Of a stretch of DNA of 64,000 nt, positions 41,676 to 55,649 are shown piece by piece. The notes under the pieces are model-generated. The model ran no database searches and was not told the DNA's origin. It saw only the letters and a list, made by a program, of their open reading frames with translations. The stretch's first letter is position 1, and every line of letters starts with the position of its first letter. Where the stretch lies: NCBI RefSeq assembly GCF_006345805.1, contig NC_042999.1:119474001-119538000 (forward strand), written 5' to 3'. The position numbers were made by a program, and so were the translations under genes. Origin of the DNA: Octopus sinensis. Taxonomy: Eukaryota.

Positions 41676-44600
41676 ACTCATCAGCTCACTGGAGAGAGAT
41701 GCTCAGCAGTGGTCAATGAAATCTGTTCAGCAAGGAATTTCAGGACCATTTATATATGTATTACATTCAAAAGAATAGTTTATCAAAAAATCACACCAAG
41801 AGTAATAGCAAATTTTGTGGTTATTCTATTTGTGGAGCTCTGGTGTGAATGCATGTGGCCTAGTGGTTAGGATGCTGACTTTGTAATCATAAGGTCATGG
41901 GTTTGATTCCTGGATTAGGTAATATGTTGTGTCCGAAGGCAGTGAGCTAGCCTAAATGTTAGCATACCAGGCGAAATGCTTATTGGTGTTTCGTCTGTCC
42001 TTATGTTCTGAGTTCAAATTCTGCCAAGATCGACTTTACCTTTCATCCTTTCGGGGTCGATAAATTAAGTACCAGTGATGCACTAAGGTCGATGTAATCG
42101 ACTTAATCCGTTTGTCTGTACTTGTTTGTCCCCTCTATGTTTAGCCCCTTGTGGGCAATAAAGAAATATGTATTTTGTCTGTCCTTATGTTCTGAGTTCA
42201 AATTCTGCTGAGATTGACTTTGCTTTTCATCCTTTCGGGGTTGATAAATTAAGTAACAGTTGCATACTGGGGTCGATCTAATCGACTGGTCCCCACTCTA
42301 AAAATTTCAGGCCTTGTATCTAGAGTAGAAAAGAATATAAAAACAAATACCGGGGCGACTTGATCTTTTTCATTTGTTGAGGGAGATTTGGTGTTATATG
42401 TTACAGGTAAAGTGGCTCCTGTGGCTATATGAATATTATAAGTGAATGCAAGTGGAAATAAAGAGTAAGACATGGAAGCATGGAATGGTACAGTTTTTGC
42501 ATCGAATGACAAATGAGTTAAGTGAAGTGCGAAACTACTTGCACCTACCCAAAATAAATATGATCAAGATATAACATTATTAAAGTTATATTCTTCACTG
42601 TTCAAACACTTTCTTTGCATTTGGCATATATCCTCTTTCGTTTGTTCTTTTAGAAATATACTCTGCTTTCAAAAAGCAAATCATCCTAAGAAAAATGAAA
42701 GAGAATTTTGTATATACAAGAATACAAAATGTTTTCAAATGATTTCATTTCATATTTTTGCTTTAAATCTTTGTAATATTTTTTGTGTCATTGATTTATT
42801 TCTGTTTATATATGATTTAGAACAGCATTGACATTTAATAAGAGGTTCTCCTTTGGGCTAAACATAATTTATTATCTTTATACTAAAAGTATGCATTGGC
42901 TATGAAATTTGCATTTGTTGCTGTTTTCAAATCTTAAATTAAATTTTGTTTCATTTGTTTTTCATTGTGATAAATATGCAATATATTTCTGACTTTTAAT
43001 TTCAGGAGTAAACTGGGATAGAAATTTCATATATTTGGTATAATCCAGGTGAGTCAAAGAGAATCAGGAATTGCCAAAGCTCTGTTTGCATTGTTTTATT
43101 GCTAAACAGATACAGAGTGGTTTGGTAAACACTGATAATAGAAACAGCCAGAAAGTAGAAAACTAAGCAAATCATGTTCGACAATGAAAGCAAAGTAGAC
43201 AATATACGGCATGGTAAACTTCAAGCTAAATTAGCTCCATGGTTTTCCTAATGTATAACTTAAACATTTCCAATAGAGTCTTTATTTTTATCTATTTGTT
43301 TCTTATTATTTTTTGTATTTGCTACTTCAGCAATGTAATCCTGTTTCTTATTGATTTTAACTCAGAAATTGCAGTATATTTGACAGAATCACTGAAGCTC
43401 AAATGTATTTCTTATAAGCAGACTGCATGGCATTTGTCTTAAACTCTTTCTAAAGATTAGTTTTGCTAATTATCTGTTCATTAACTTTGCCATAGCTTGG
43501 CTGCAATACTGCCATTACTTGGACAAGTGTCGTTGTTCTCTCATTATACAAGTAATTTAGTTTCAGTAATAGCTCTTCCAATACTCTATTATCTTTAACA
43601 AAACATTTTCAGACTCAAAGATGGATGTGGAATTGATTACTTGAAGCGAGCTTATTTAATGATATCAGGTACTTTGAAGATGAGGTCAGTTGTAAGAACA
43701 AAACTTAATTGTGAGATTGAAATTATATGATATATTCTATTGACTGACTTCACATTATTTTTGGATTGTTATTTAAAAATTGTTGTTGTTTTCTAGTCTG
43801 AGAGGCAGTCGAGCTGTAAAATTTCCATTTTTCTTTTCTTTTTTCTAGTGAAATGGATTCATTTCAGGTATTTTCTAATAATGCTACATTAGAGAATTCT
43901 TCAATTTTGTCACAATGTTTATAGGAACAAGAATAAACCAACTGCCCTCAGGATTAGAACATAAGCTGGCCTTTGCTGACACAATATAAAGAACAAACAA
44001 ACTATATTTGAAGTAACAGTGGGAAAATAGCCTCTAGCATTAATTGCCTTAAGGAACAAATGGTTTTGCTTTTATTTCAAAGAATACTGCTGTTCAGAAT
44101 GGACATTTTGTAATAATCCAATATGAAAATTGCTTTAGGCTAACATGGGAAATATTTTGGCACAGAATATTTGAATATTTGGCAAAAGTATGAAGATATT
44201 TGGCAACAATCTGTACTTGAGACCAATAATAAACTGGCTGCAATATATGGTCTCTGGAGAAGGTGTGAGGTATATACTTACACTTTTATAATTTCCTGAA
44301 AACCGATAGTTATATTTCTACTCAATCCCTTTTTGTATTTTGCTCTTTTTGTCATTATCTACTCTAGTATTTGATGGCTGCTTACTGTGCTAATGTAGTT
44401 TGATATCTGCTTAAATTCTATGAGTTTACAAGTGTGTCAACTTAGTTTTCGTCTTTTTTCAGTCTTATTAATTTTCTATAAGTTTCTGCAAGCTAGCTAA
44501 GACTAAAACCATCTTCTTATAACCTATCTTGTACATTCTACTGAAATTCTTAGAACACACCTAAACTACTTTCTATGTTTTGACACTTACTAACAACATT

Positions 44601-45461
44601 TAATAGCCAATCTAAACAAAAACTCAGAAACTAAAAGTTATCTGTACAGCCATTTCTCAAGAACTACTTCCCCTTTAGTTTTTCTGCATCTATTGCAGCT
44701 TTATTTAAATATATTTTGTTTTCACTGACCATATGAGTCACTATATATCTGTGCTATTAGGCATACACCAAATAATGTGCTCACTAAGATTAATTATACT
44801 TATACACATTTTTACTGCAAGGATTGTTTTAAGTTTATATACTCCAGTAAAAGAATGAGTAACAGCCTTTGGGAAAATAGTGTCTAATTAAGGATAAGAA
44901 GTTTCTAGCTTCAGTTGTTGGGACACCTAGATTGACCAGAAGTTTCAATAAAATGATGTCTTTCTTTCTAAGCCACTCTGAAATGTTGGATGAAGGTAGG
45001 TGATCCTTTAAGTACATTGAATTCCCAGCAAAGTAACTCCTTATTACAATACAGTCTGGCTGAAGATATTTGTGCTCACTAAAAATCAAAGTTTCTTCTA
45101 CTGGTGCCTGTGACCAAATTTTTGCTAGTTGAAATCCTTGACAAGACCAAAAGGTCACTTCTTTTTTTGCTCTCCTTTTGACTCTATATTGTCTCTATGC
45201 CTTTCTCAACCACTTTATTGAGTGTATTGTGTGTATTTCATCATGGCACCAGTACTAGAGTGGTTACCTTCTATGCTATAAAACAAAACAGTGATCTCAC
45301 TATCTACTTTGCTTCCATTTGCTTAGAGCAATGAGACTGATATAAAAGACAACAGAAAAGAAGGGCAATTGTAGAAGATGAAGATGAGTGGGAGAAAGAG
45401 GCATGAGTATAAAGGAGAAAAAGAATTCGCTGAAGTGACTATGTAACACGGGAGAGAGAAA

Positions 45462-48400
45462 TCTCTCTATATATAAACGGCAGTTTGTCTGTGCGTGCTT
45501 CTGTGTGTCTGTTTTCTCGTACCCTCACCCTGACCACGGCTTTCAACCGATTCTGATGAAACTTGACACACACATAGCCCAATGTCATAATTCAAAACTA
45601 ACGAAGCGAACATTTTGAAAAGTTCCCCCAGTTCTGAAAAAAATTGATAAATTCGACATGGGGTCGAGAATCATAAACATGAACCACAGACTGTCTAGGG
45701 GACGCAACTCGAGAATCTAAGCTTTTTTATGCAACGCATTATCTATGGTAGTTTTCATAACTTGCAATCGATTTTCACCAAACTCATGGTGAAGCTTAAT
45801 GTTACCCTAAGAAACTCAATTCTGACGTTAGTTTCCATGCAATACCTTACCATCAGAAACAATCGATAAAATCATGCCATTTTGGGAAATCGCGTTCAAA
45901 TTCAAGATGACGTATTTTCGACAATATCTTTCACAATTGGCAGGAATCATTTTTTTTTTCACAACGAGCATCATGTCTGCTCCAAGGAGCTATATAGCCC
46001 TTTTATTCCAATAGGATACATTATTGGAAAAAATCGGTTAATTTAATCATATGTGGCACACATAGCAAACAAATTTGTGTATTAAACACAAACCAGACTG
46101 TCTAGGGGACGCAACTTGACCTTTTTAGCTATCGATAATTCGATCCAACCAATTCCTACCAGGAAGAAATTACATTCGAGACTTACCCCCAACACCGCCA
46201 CTTCTGCTAATAGCTGCTGCAGCCGCAAGTTATTCGAATACTTTTTGGGTTTAAACTTTCTTTAATACCTACCACCCAAACGTTTTACCTTCAATTTTTG
46301 ACGTACCCTAACGGTCCTCGGACGCTACTTGCAAACTCTTGGTTTATTATAAACCACTTTTGTCGTGTGCATCAAAAAAATTTCCTTTCGTTTGTTCAGT
46401 TTGATCACTTTTGACTTTTTCGTTGTTGTCACTCACATTGCTGCCAGCTTTTTGGCCGTTTTGTACATTTTTATACATTTTCGGATACTTACCCCACGAG
46501 CTCCTTTTTATTACACCTTTACCAAACACATTGCTATCCACCAAAATACTTACCCCACGTGTTCCTTTTATTACACCTTTGCCAAACACATTGCTATCCA
46601 CCAAAATGCCACCCAAGAAGAGAAGGACCCTCCTCAGCCCTCGGACGGCCAAGGCATCGGCTGCTAGGGCTAGAAGGGCACGCGAGACCCACGAGGAAAC
46701 CGCCTTGCGCCTCTCGCAAACAGCTTCCCGTTATGCCGCTGCTCAGGCATCTGAAACTACTAGCGACCGTTCTACCCGACTTGCAAGGGTCGCAGCGTAC
46801 AGATCTTCCCTCCGCTTGAGGTTGACGAAAGAGCAACAGTCCAGCCAAAACATGCGGGCTTCTTACTGTGCTTCCATCCGCAGAGCTCGCGAGAACCCCG
46901 AACAAAGGGCCATTCGGAATGCGGCTAACGCCACTAGCACTGCCAGGACACGATCTGTCGAAACCTCACAGCAGAGGAGAACTCGCCAAGATGCTGACGC
47001 CGCAAACAAAGCCATGGCCAAAGCTGCCGAAACACCTCAACAGAGGAGAGCTCGCCAAGCTGCTAACGCCGCAAACACAGCCAGGGCTCGATCTGCCGAA
47101 ACTCCACACCAACGGACTATTCGGACATCCAGACATGCCATTAACACTGCTTCTGCTAGGGCTTCAGAGGGTGCTGAGGCGAGAGCTGAAAGGCTTTCAA
47201 GGGATGCCACTGCTACCGCTGTCGCACGTGCATCTGAATCTGCTGAGGCACGGTGCACTCGACTTGAGAGTATCAACAAACGTCGGGATATCATTCGTGG
47301 TGTACGTACCCCTGCCCCCGCTTTCTGGTTGTCACTAGCATTCAACTACGACGCCACAATTAACTTCTCCTTGCGTGACGACATCAAGATAGGGTCAATG
47401 ACAATTGTATGCCAGTTTTGCAAAGCCAAGAAATGGCCCGGAGAGCCACCTGGTTTGTGCTGCTCTGGTGGCAAAGTGGACCTGCCACCCTACGGGACCA
47501 CCTCAACCACTGAAGGATCTCGCGGCGGGTTTAACCCCCGATTCGTCACAATTCCTTGAAATAATTCGAAAGTACAACTGCTCATTCCAAATGACCTCTT
47601 TCGGGGCCAAAATTCCTCCCAGAGAAGGCTGGATGCCTACTTTCAAAGTGCAGGGTCAGGTCTACCATTTATTGGGTCACTTCTGCCAGACGAGATTCAG
47701 CAGTCTTCTTTCCTCCAAATATACTTCATTGCCGACTACAACCACCAGGTTGATGCACGCCTTGGAATAATACCGAGTACAAGCTATGTTCCCCGCAAAG
47801 ACATTCTTCTCCGTCTCCAAACCATGCTTCATGATATCAACAGCTACGTCTGCAGCTTCAGATATGCCTTGGACAGTGCTCCTTCTCCAAACTTCACCGT
47901 TGTCATTGATGCTGATAAACGACCCCACGGGGAGCACGAACGCCGTTTCAACGCACTGCGTGCAACGAAATTGCCGTAGTTATACACGGAGAGCAAAACA
48001 ACAGCCGTGACATAATCATCTCCTCCCGTGGTAACAACCTACACAGGATCAGCGAGACTCACAGATCTTATGACGCGCTTCAGTATCCATTGCTTTTCCT
48101 TATGGGGAAGATGGCTACCACTTCGGAATTCCTTACGGCAGCCCTCCAATCAAACTACTGCGGCATCAAAGACGGTTTCCTGCAGGGCGTTCTACTCATA
48201 CCGGTTCATGGTCAGGGAGGGTGAGTTCAACTTATTGCCCCGTTGTCGTCAGCTATTCAACCAGTTCGCCGTCGACATGGCCGCAAAAATGGAATCGGAA
48301 AGGCTGCTATACATTAAACTTAATCAGACCAAACTTCGCTCCGACTCCTACATTCATCTCCGTGACGGTTTGCAACAAGAAAATGACCCTCGCAACATCG

Positions 48401-51400
48401 GCAAGCCATGCATTCTACCCTCCACCTTCACGGGAGGACCGCGATATATGCGTGAAAGGACCCAAGACGCCTTGACCTACGTGCGCATTACGGCCGGCCG
48501 GACCTCTTTATCACCTACACGTGCAATCCCAGCTGCGACGAAATCACTCGCGAAATCCTCCCGGGTCAATCTCACACCCATCGACACGACATCGTTGCTA
48601 GGGTTTTCCGTCTGAATTGGGCAAAATGAAGGATTTGATAGTTAAGGGTCAGATTTTCGGGCATGTCAGGTGCCACATGTTTTCGGTCGAGTGGCAAAAG
48701 AGGGGCTTGCCACATGCTCACATCTTAATTTTGGCTCACTCATAAATCGAGACTAATGACATTGACAAATTCATTTCCGCCGAGATTCCTGACCCCGATG
48801 AGGACCCCGGACTCTACGAAATTGTCCGCACTACCATGGTACACGGGCCCTGTGGACCAAATTACGCCAACACACCATGCTACAAAAACGGATTAGCCTG
48901 CTCAAAGGGATTCCCTAAACGTTCACTTTGGAGACTCAAACAGGCGGCGATGGGTATCCGCTGTACAAACGAAGGAGTCCAGCCAATGGAGGCCGCACGA
49001 TTACGGTTGGGCGACATCAAGTGGACAACAGCTACATTGTCCCCTACTGTCCTCTCCTGTCGAAGATATTCAAAGCCCACGTCAACGTTGAGTTCTGCAG
49101 CTCCATCAGGTCAATACAATATGTCTGCAAATATATCAACAAAGGCAGCGATGCTGCCACGTTCAGCATCCAGAGGACCACCAGTCGCGACGAAGTGTCC
49201 AACTACTTGGCTGGCCGGTACCTCAGCAGCAACGAAGCGTTTTAGCGCATTTACGGCTTCCTGCTCCATCAGAGACACCCGGCTGTGGTGCAGCTTGCTG
49301 TACACTTGAAAAATGGACAGCGGATTTACTTCACAGAGCAAAGTGCTGTGCAGATAGCCACCAGCCCTAAAGACACAACGTTGACTGGTTTCTTCAAATT
49401 ATGCCAACGTGATGACTTCGCTCGAACGCTTTGTACCCACAGGTCCCATCGTACTTCGTGTGGTCTAAAAAACCTGGGTTCGACGGAAATCCGGCAAAAA
49501 CGTCGAAAGCTTCCCAGGCGTCAAGTTTGACTCTGCCTGGGTCGAGTTTACAACATCCCGCCAAACCAGCAAGAATGCTTCTACCTCCGTCTCCTTCTAC
49601 ATGAGGTCACTGGTCCAACAGGTTTCGCCAATATACGTACCGTCAATGGGGTTCTGTGCGACACCTTCAGGGAAGCATGTATGAGACTGGCCTTCTAGAG
49701 GATGACTCCCAGTGGGACGCCACGATGGCAGAGGGTGCTTTACTGCAAACCTTCGGCCCTGCGACATCTTTTCGCAATCCTTCTTCAAAAATGTCAGCTT
49801 AGTCATCCACTAAGTCTCTGGATGAAATACAGGGATGACATGTCGCACGACTTCTACGTACGGTCAGCAAACACTGCCCTTCCGCCGAGATCACGTTCAC
49901 CAACTTCATTACAATTTTGCGCTCATTCAACTCGAAGACGCTGTCATCGATATGGGTGGGTCTGCTTTAACAGAGTACGGCCTCCACCACCCACACGTGA
50001 ACACGCCAATGTTATGTCTGCTGAATTGTTACGCGAAACTTCCTACTGCATTGAGGAACTGCACCAGTACGTCCAAGATAATGAACCACGGCTGCTTCCA
50101 GACCAGCGCATAGCCTACAACACCATCGTAGACTCTGTCAGACAGCAACGTGGGGGGATTTTCTTCCTTGATGCACCCGGCGGCACAGGCAAAACCTTCG
50201 TCACTAAACTAATTCTGGCAGAGGTCAGACGCAACACGGACATTGCCTGGCTGTAGTTCCTCTGGTATCGCGGCCACGTTGCTTCCGGGTGGGCAGAACG
50301 CCCACTCTGCCTTCAGACTCCCGCTCGATCTGGCAAAGTCCGAGTCACCTATCTGCAACATCGCCAAGAACTCAGAACAGGCCGACATTCTTCGCAGATG
50401 CAAACTCATCGTATGGGACGAGTGCACTATGGCACACAAAGGCGCCCTTGAGGCACTGGACAGGCACTGCAAGACATCAGAGACTCTACGGCCCCCATGG
50501 GAGGATTAACTTTACTTCTTTCAGGAGACTTCAGGCAGACTCTACCTGTTATTCCAAAAGGAACCCGTGCCGATGCCGTGCGCGCGTGCCTTAAGTCGTC
50601 AGCTCTTTGGGCACATGTGCGGCCCTTGCACCTCCAACTAACATGCGCGCGCAGCAGTTAATTGGTGACAGCGGATCCGCTGCATTCTCCAGGGACCTCT
50701 TATCGCTCGGTGAAAATAGGATGCTGTCTGATGCGGATGGCTACGTTCAATTGGACTCACTTTGCACCATTGTCGACACCCCTGCTAGCCTCCGGGACGC
50801 TGTCTTCCACGACCTACAAAACAATTTACGCGACAACTAAAAATGGCTGGCAGGCAGAGCTATTCTCGCCCCAAAAATACAACCGTCAATCCATCAATCC
50901 AGCTACTTGAAGCTATTCCTGGTGATGTCCACGTCTACAATCTATAGATAGGACAGCAGACCCCGCCCGCTTGCCGATTATCCTGTTGAATTCCTGAATT
51001 CACTTGAACCGCCAGGCCTGCCACCACACATCCTGGAGTTAAAAGCCGGTGCGCCCATTATGCGCATCAGGAATTTGGTTCACCTAAACAGTGCACGGCA
51101 CACGTTGGTTGTGAAACATTGGCACCACATTTAATAACGGCCACAATACTTACCGGTGTGGGAAGGGAGAGGACGTCTTCATTCCACGGATGCACCTTCA
51201 ACCGTCGGCGCTGACCTACCAATCACTTCAGGCGTTCTCAGTTTCCTGTTAAACTCTGCTTCGCAATGTCCATCATAAATCCCAAGGCCAAACGCTACAA
51301 GTCGCTGGATTAAATTTGGCGAACAGTGCATTCGCCCACGGTCAACTCTACGTGGGCTGTTCACGCGTTGGGAGGCGCAATGATGTTTTCATGTTTTCGC

Positions 51401-51569
51401 CCAAACGGACAGCTAGGAACATCGTATATACAGAAGTATTCCAGTGAAGACAAGACATTGCAACGTCCACATGCACCTTCGTTCCCTGGAGGGAAAGGAC
51501 TACATTGGGATTAGTCGTTGCCTACTAGGGGCTCTTACATACCCGGGCAACGCCGGGCTATGCTGCTAG
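45462..51569 (+). mobile_element. Full-length autonomous-type Helitron (6.1 kb)
   Basis: Starts TCTCTCTATATATAAA after A45461 and ends CTAG before T51570 (A|T target, no TSD). GC-rich hairpin CCCGGGCAACGCCGGG at 51542-51557. Encodes RepHel. Confidence 0.95.
46606..51447 (+). pseudogene. Helitron RepHel (HUH Rep + PIF1-like SF1B helicase), frameshifted as given
   Basis: MPPKKRR start; CQFCKAKKW...LCCSGGKV Zn finger; PSTFTGGPRYM; PDLFITYTCNP; VEWQKRGLPHAHIL (HUH); YVCKYINKG (Y2); FLDAPGGTGKT (Walker A); LIVWDECTM (Walker B); GDFRQTLPV; QLYVGCSRV; ends NIVYTEVFQ* at 51447. Confidence 0.93.
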
Positions 51570-51914
51570 TTGAAGATAAAAAGCTAGAAGAGGTAAAAGG
51601 AGGGAGACAATAATGGCTGGCAGTGATGAGAGATGGAAATAGTTGCTATAAATTTGCTGCTATGAGAGAATGTAAATTATTGTTAGCTGGAGAAATGGTT
51701 GGTGGTAAGAAAACATGATGGATGTCAATAAAGATTAAAACGGTAAAAGGGAGCAGTGGATAGCGGTATAGAAAGATAAAGATAACTTGTAAGAGAGTAA
51801 AAATGAGGGATGAATTGTTGAGTTGGCAATTAGACACACACACACACACACACACCTGTATGTGTATGTGTGTGTGTACATGCACACACACACACACATA
51901 CATACACAGACATA

Positions 51915-53142
51915 CAGGATTGTCAGTTTTATGGGGAAACCTCTTTCAAGAGCTCTAACTTTCTTCTAACTTATTTCTTTACCTTTCAGATACAATGTCA
52001 GACATCAAGTTGACATAGCAAAGGAAAAGGCATGCTATAATCATTGCCTTAAAAAAAGACTGTATTGTGGGACAGAAAATAACTTGCTTCTTGAAAGTTC
52101 CTTCATTGTCAAAGTTGAAAGCTACTGATGGAGATCCAACAATTAGCAATTAAATGCAAAATGCATGCACAAAGTCCAAATACCATCAGAACACATAACT
52201 TTATTGAAAAGTCCAAGAAATAATCAATAAAATCCCTGGAGAATTAATCAGAGCGATTACAAAGTACCTAAAGGTTTCGAAATGAAGAGTTGTTCATGAA
52301 GATATCTGGTAAAAGATATACATCATGCACAAGGATCAGTTTATGTCAGATCTGACAAGGGAGAATTGTTCAACCTATGCAAATCACTTGCTAAATAAGT
52401 TAAAATACCAAAAGCCTGCAATGCTTTGGTTCTTCTCTCATGAGAAAAACTTCAATCAGAACCAATAGGTAAACTGAACGAAAAACTGATGGTTATGCAG
52501 AACTTGAATAAGGTTCCAGCTGTCATGCATACTAAGTTCCCAGCAAACATGATGGCTCTGGGAGTTGACAGCAACAAGGGAAAAATGTCACACCTCCTCA
52601 TTTTTTTTTTACTTAGGGCTGAAGAGTCAATGCCACTATTAACACAGAAGTGCTGGAGAAAGTTGTGAAGACCTAGATAAACAGAATATGCAATGAAAGT
52701 CCATACATCTTCCAAGAAGTCTCAGCACCATCTCATAAGGCTAGGGCAATCCAGATGTGGATGCCTGCCAATCTCCATGATCATGTTCTCCTTGACAAAT
52801 GGCCTCCAAGCTCATCAGATCTCAATCCACTGGACTATTGCATATGAGGTATAGTTGATAGAAGTCAATCAACAAACCCATAACACCATACAAACTCTCA
52901 AGTCCACCATAGCCCTTACTATGTTAAAATTGATAAAATTCATCGAATTCAGACTTGTCAACATGTCTGACCATGTATTATAGCAGCCATTGATACTAAA
53001 AGTGGATGCATTGATTAAGTGTAATAAAAGGATTCTCTAGATTTTTTGTACTAATTTGTTTTCAAATACAGCTTTTTCTTTGTTGAGCAATGTGTCCTTT
53101 ACTAAATTCATACAAATGACCTAAAAAAACTGATGCGCCTTG
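51915..53142 (+). mobile_element. Old maT/DD37D-like Tc1/mariner relic
   Basis: Plus-strand WFFSHEKNF, VMHTKFPANMMALG, YIFQEVSAPSH and KWPPSSSDLNPLDY peptides. TA flanks; TIRs barely recognisable. Confidence 0.75.
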
Positions 53143-53439
53143 TACACATAGATACGTACATACATATGTATGTACATACATATGTATGTACATACATACG
53201 TATCTATGTCCGTATATACGTATGTACATACCTACTTACCTACCTACCTACCTACCTATCTACCTGCCTACCTACCTACCTACATACATACATGAGGAGA
53301 GAAAGGGAGAGAAAGAGAGAAGGATAAAGACAGAGAAAGCAAGAAAGAGAGAAAAATTTTCATCCTTGAAGAAAATCTGCATATTCTAGTCTATGTGAGT
53401 GTGTTAAAAATCAATGTACACTTTTTTATATAAAATATA

Positions 53440-53483
<44 letters not shown>

Positions 53484-55617
53484 CATATAATATATATATG
53501 TATAGAGAGAGAGAGAGATATATGCATATATCTATATATACATATATATTCAGATAGATACTTAATATGTGTGTACGTGTGTGTGTGCGTGTGTATATCA
53601 TTAAGCTACATGTATATAATATATAGATGTATGTATGTATGTATGTATGTATGTCTGTATGTATATATGTATGTATGTATGTACGTACGTACATATGTGT
53701 GTATGTATATGTGTATGTATGTAGGCATAAAATTTGTAAAAAAAACTACAATTACAATTTTCATTGGTGGTCATTATCTGTTTGAAATTATGTGAAGAAT
53801 ATGCTGAAAAATCACAAATTATAAGTAATTGGATAGCTGATTACTATAATGGATAAGAACAATAACAAAAACAGCTATGATAATGATGATGATGATGATG
53901 ATGACGATGCTGCTGCTGCTACTGCTGATGATCGAATGAAGCCAATTAATTTAAAATGTCTGAATGCAGATATAAAAAGAAAATAAAATAATTTGTGACC
54001 AATGATGCACAAGGGATGAGAATGTGGGTGGACTAACAATAGATGCAGGGGTCTTGATGTGATGGTTGGGCAGCGAAGGTGGTGGGCAGTTGAGGTTAAA
54101 GGTCACTGGACTGAAGGATGGGGCGGTCACTCTGTTAGATTTTACATTGTTATAACTATGTAGGTGTCTCAATGAAATGTGAGAGCACATGATGTGTGAG
54201 TTAGTGTAGAAAAGAAAGTGTGTGTGTGTGTTAGCAACAGAGAAAAAGAGAGAGTGAGATAGTTTGTGTTTAAGAGAATTTGTAAGTTCAGACAGATATT
54301 TAACTACATGAGTATATCTGTGTTTTAAGACAGAATGCACCTATAAGATTTTTCTGTACATGAGATTAGGCTGTATATTTACAAAAGATACTTCAAATTA
54401 TCAATGAATACAAAGAGCTTCAGCATTCCTAGACCTCATTATAATAAGGAGTAGCTTATGGTGCTCAGCTTCCCTCCGCTCTACACTCAAAGAGATTTAG
54501 AAAGTAGGATGTAATTTGGTTTAGACCTCCAGTCAGTCTAGGCATCTCAATAAATGTAGCTGGAAGCATTACCATCATCATCATCATCATCATCACCATC
54601 ATTGTCATCGTCGTCGTTGTCATCATCATCATCACCATCATCGTCGTTGTCGTTGTCGTCATTGTCATCATCATCATCATTGTCGTCCTCATCGTTGTCG
54701 TCATGATCATCATTATGATCATCATCCTGATCACCATCATCATTATCATCATCGTTTAATGTCCATTTTGCATGCTGGTATAGGTTAGACAGCTTGACAG
54801 GAATTGGCAAAGCCATGGATCGCACCAGATTATATATTGTCTGTTTTGGCTTGGATTCTACATCTGGATACCTTTCCTAATGTCATCCACTTTACAAAGT
54901 GTACTGGGTGCTTTTTACATGACACCATCCCCCACTTCAATGCTTTTTTATGTGACACGTTCCTGTCCTCAGTAAGATAATATTTTCAAACCCTGTTATG
55001 CATTTCTTAAAGTATATGAGAGGAAGCATAGATGTGTGTATATTTGTAAGACATAGAGTGAGTGCAAGAAGAAGAAAGTGAGTGTATGTATTTGTGAGAG
55101 ACGGTCTTGTGCTTTTGTTTTGTAATTTTCTATGATTTACGCAGAGGAAAATGGACAGGACTGCTCATGTCAGCTTTCAAAGTGCTCCAAGATTAGCAAA
55201 AGAAAGAGAAGAGAAGTAGTTCTCCTCAGTAGAAATATCTTACCAAGTGCAACAAGGAGATTCTTGTTGAAGGGATCCAAAGGTCAGGAGAAAGATTAAG
55301 CAAACCACACAAGGTTTTTGTGAGAAAGAGTGAGAGAGGGAAACAAAGAAAGGAAGACAGAAAGGGAGGTTCACAAGGAGAGATGGAGAGAGAAACAGAG
55401 AGAGAGATAGAGAGAGAAAGGGAGACACAGAGTGGGAGGGAGGCAATAAGGGATCTTGTGTTGTGTATATGAAAATGTGTTGCACTTCTATGGATAAGAG
55501 TATATATGTGTGTATATATATCATCATCATCATCATCATCACCATTATCATCATCGTCATTAAACATCCACTTTCCTTGCTTGCATGGGTTGGACTCATA
55601 TATATATGTATGTGTGT

Positions 55618-55649
<32 letters not shown>

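Noticed and set aside
43006-43048. ttcag|...CAG|gtgagt exon-like 43-mer
   Set aside because: Stops in all three frames; at most a non-coding exon, with no supporting evidence.
44835-45158. 107-aa minus-strand ORF in unique sequence
   Set aside because: No recognisable motif, no convincing splice or start context, and its length is within chance expectation for a 64-kb window.
46411-46605. N-terminal 65 codons of the 382-aa ORF
   Set aside because: Starts at a non-ATG codon and runs through the tandem duplication; ATG 46606 (MPPKKRR) is the more plausible start.
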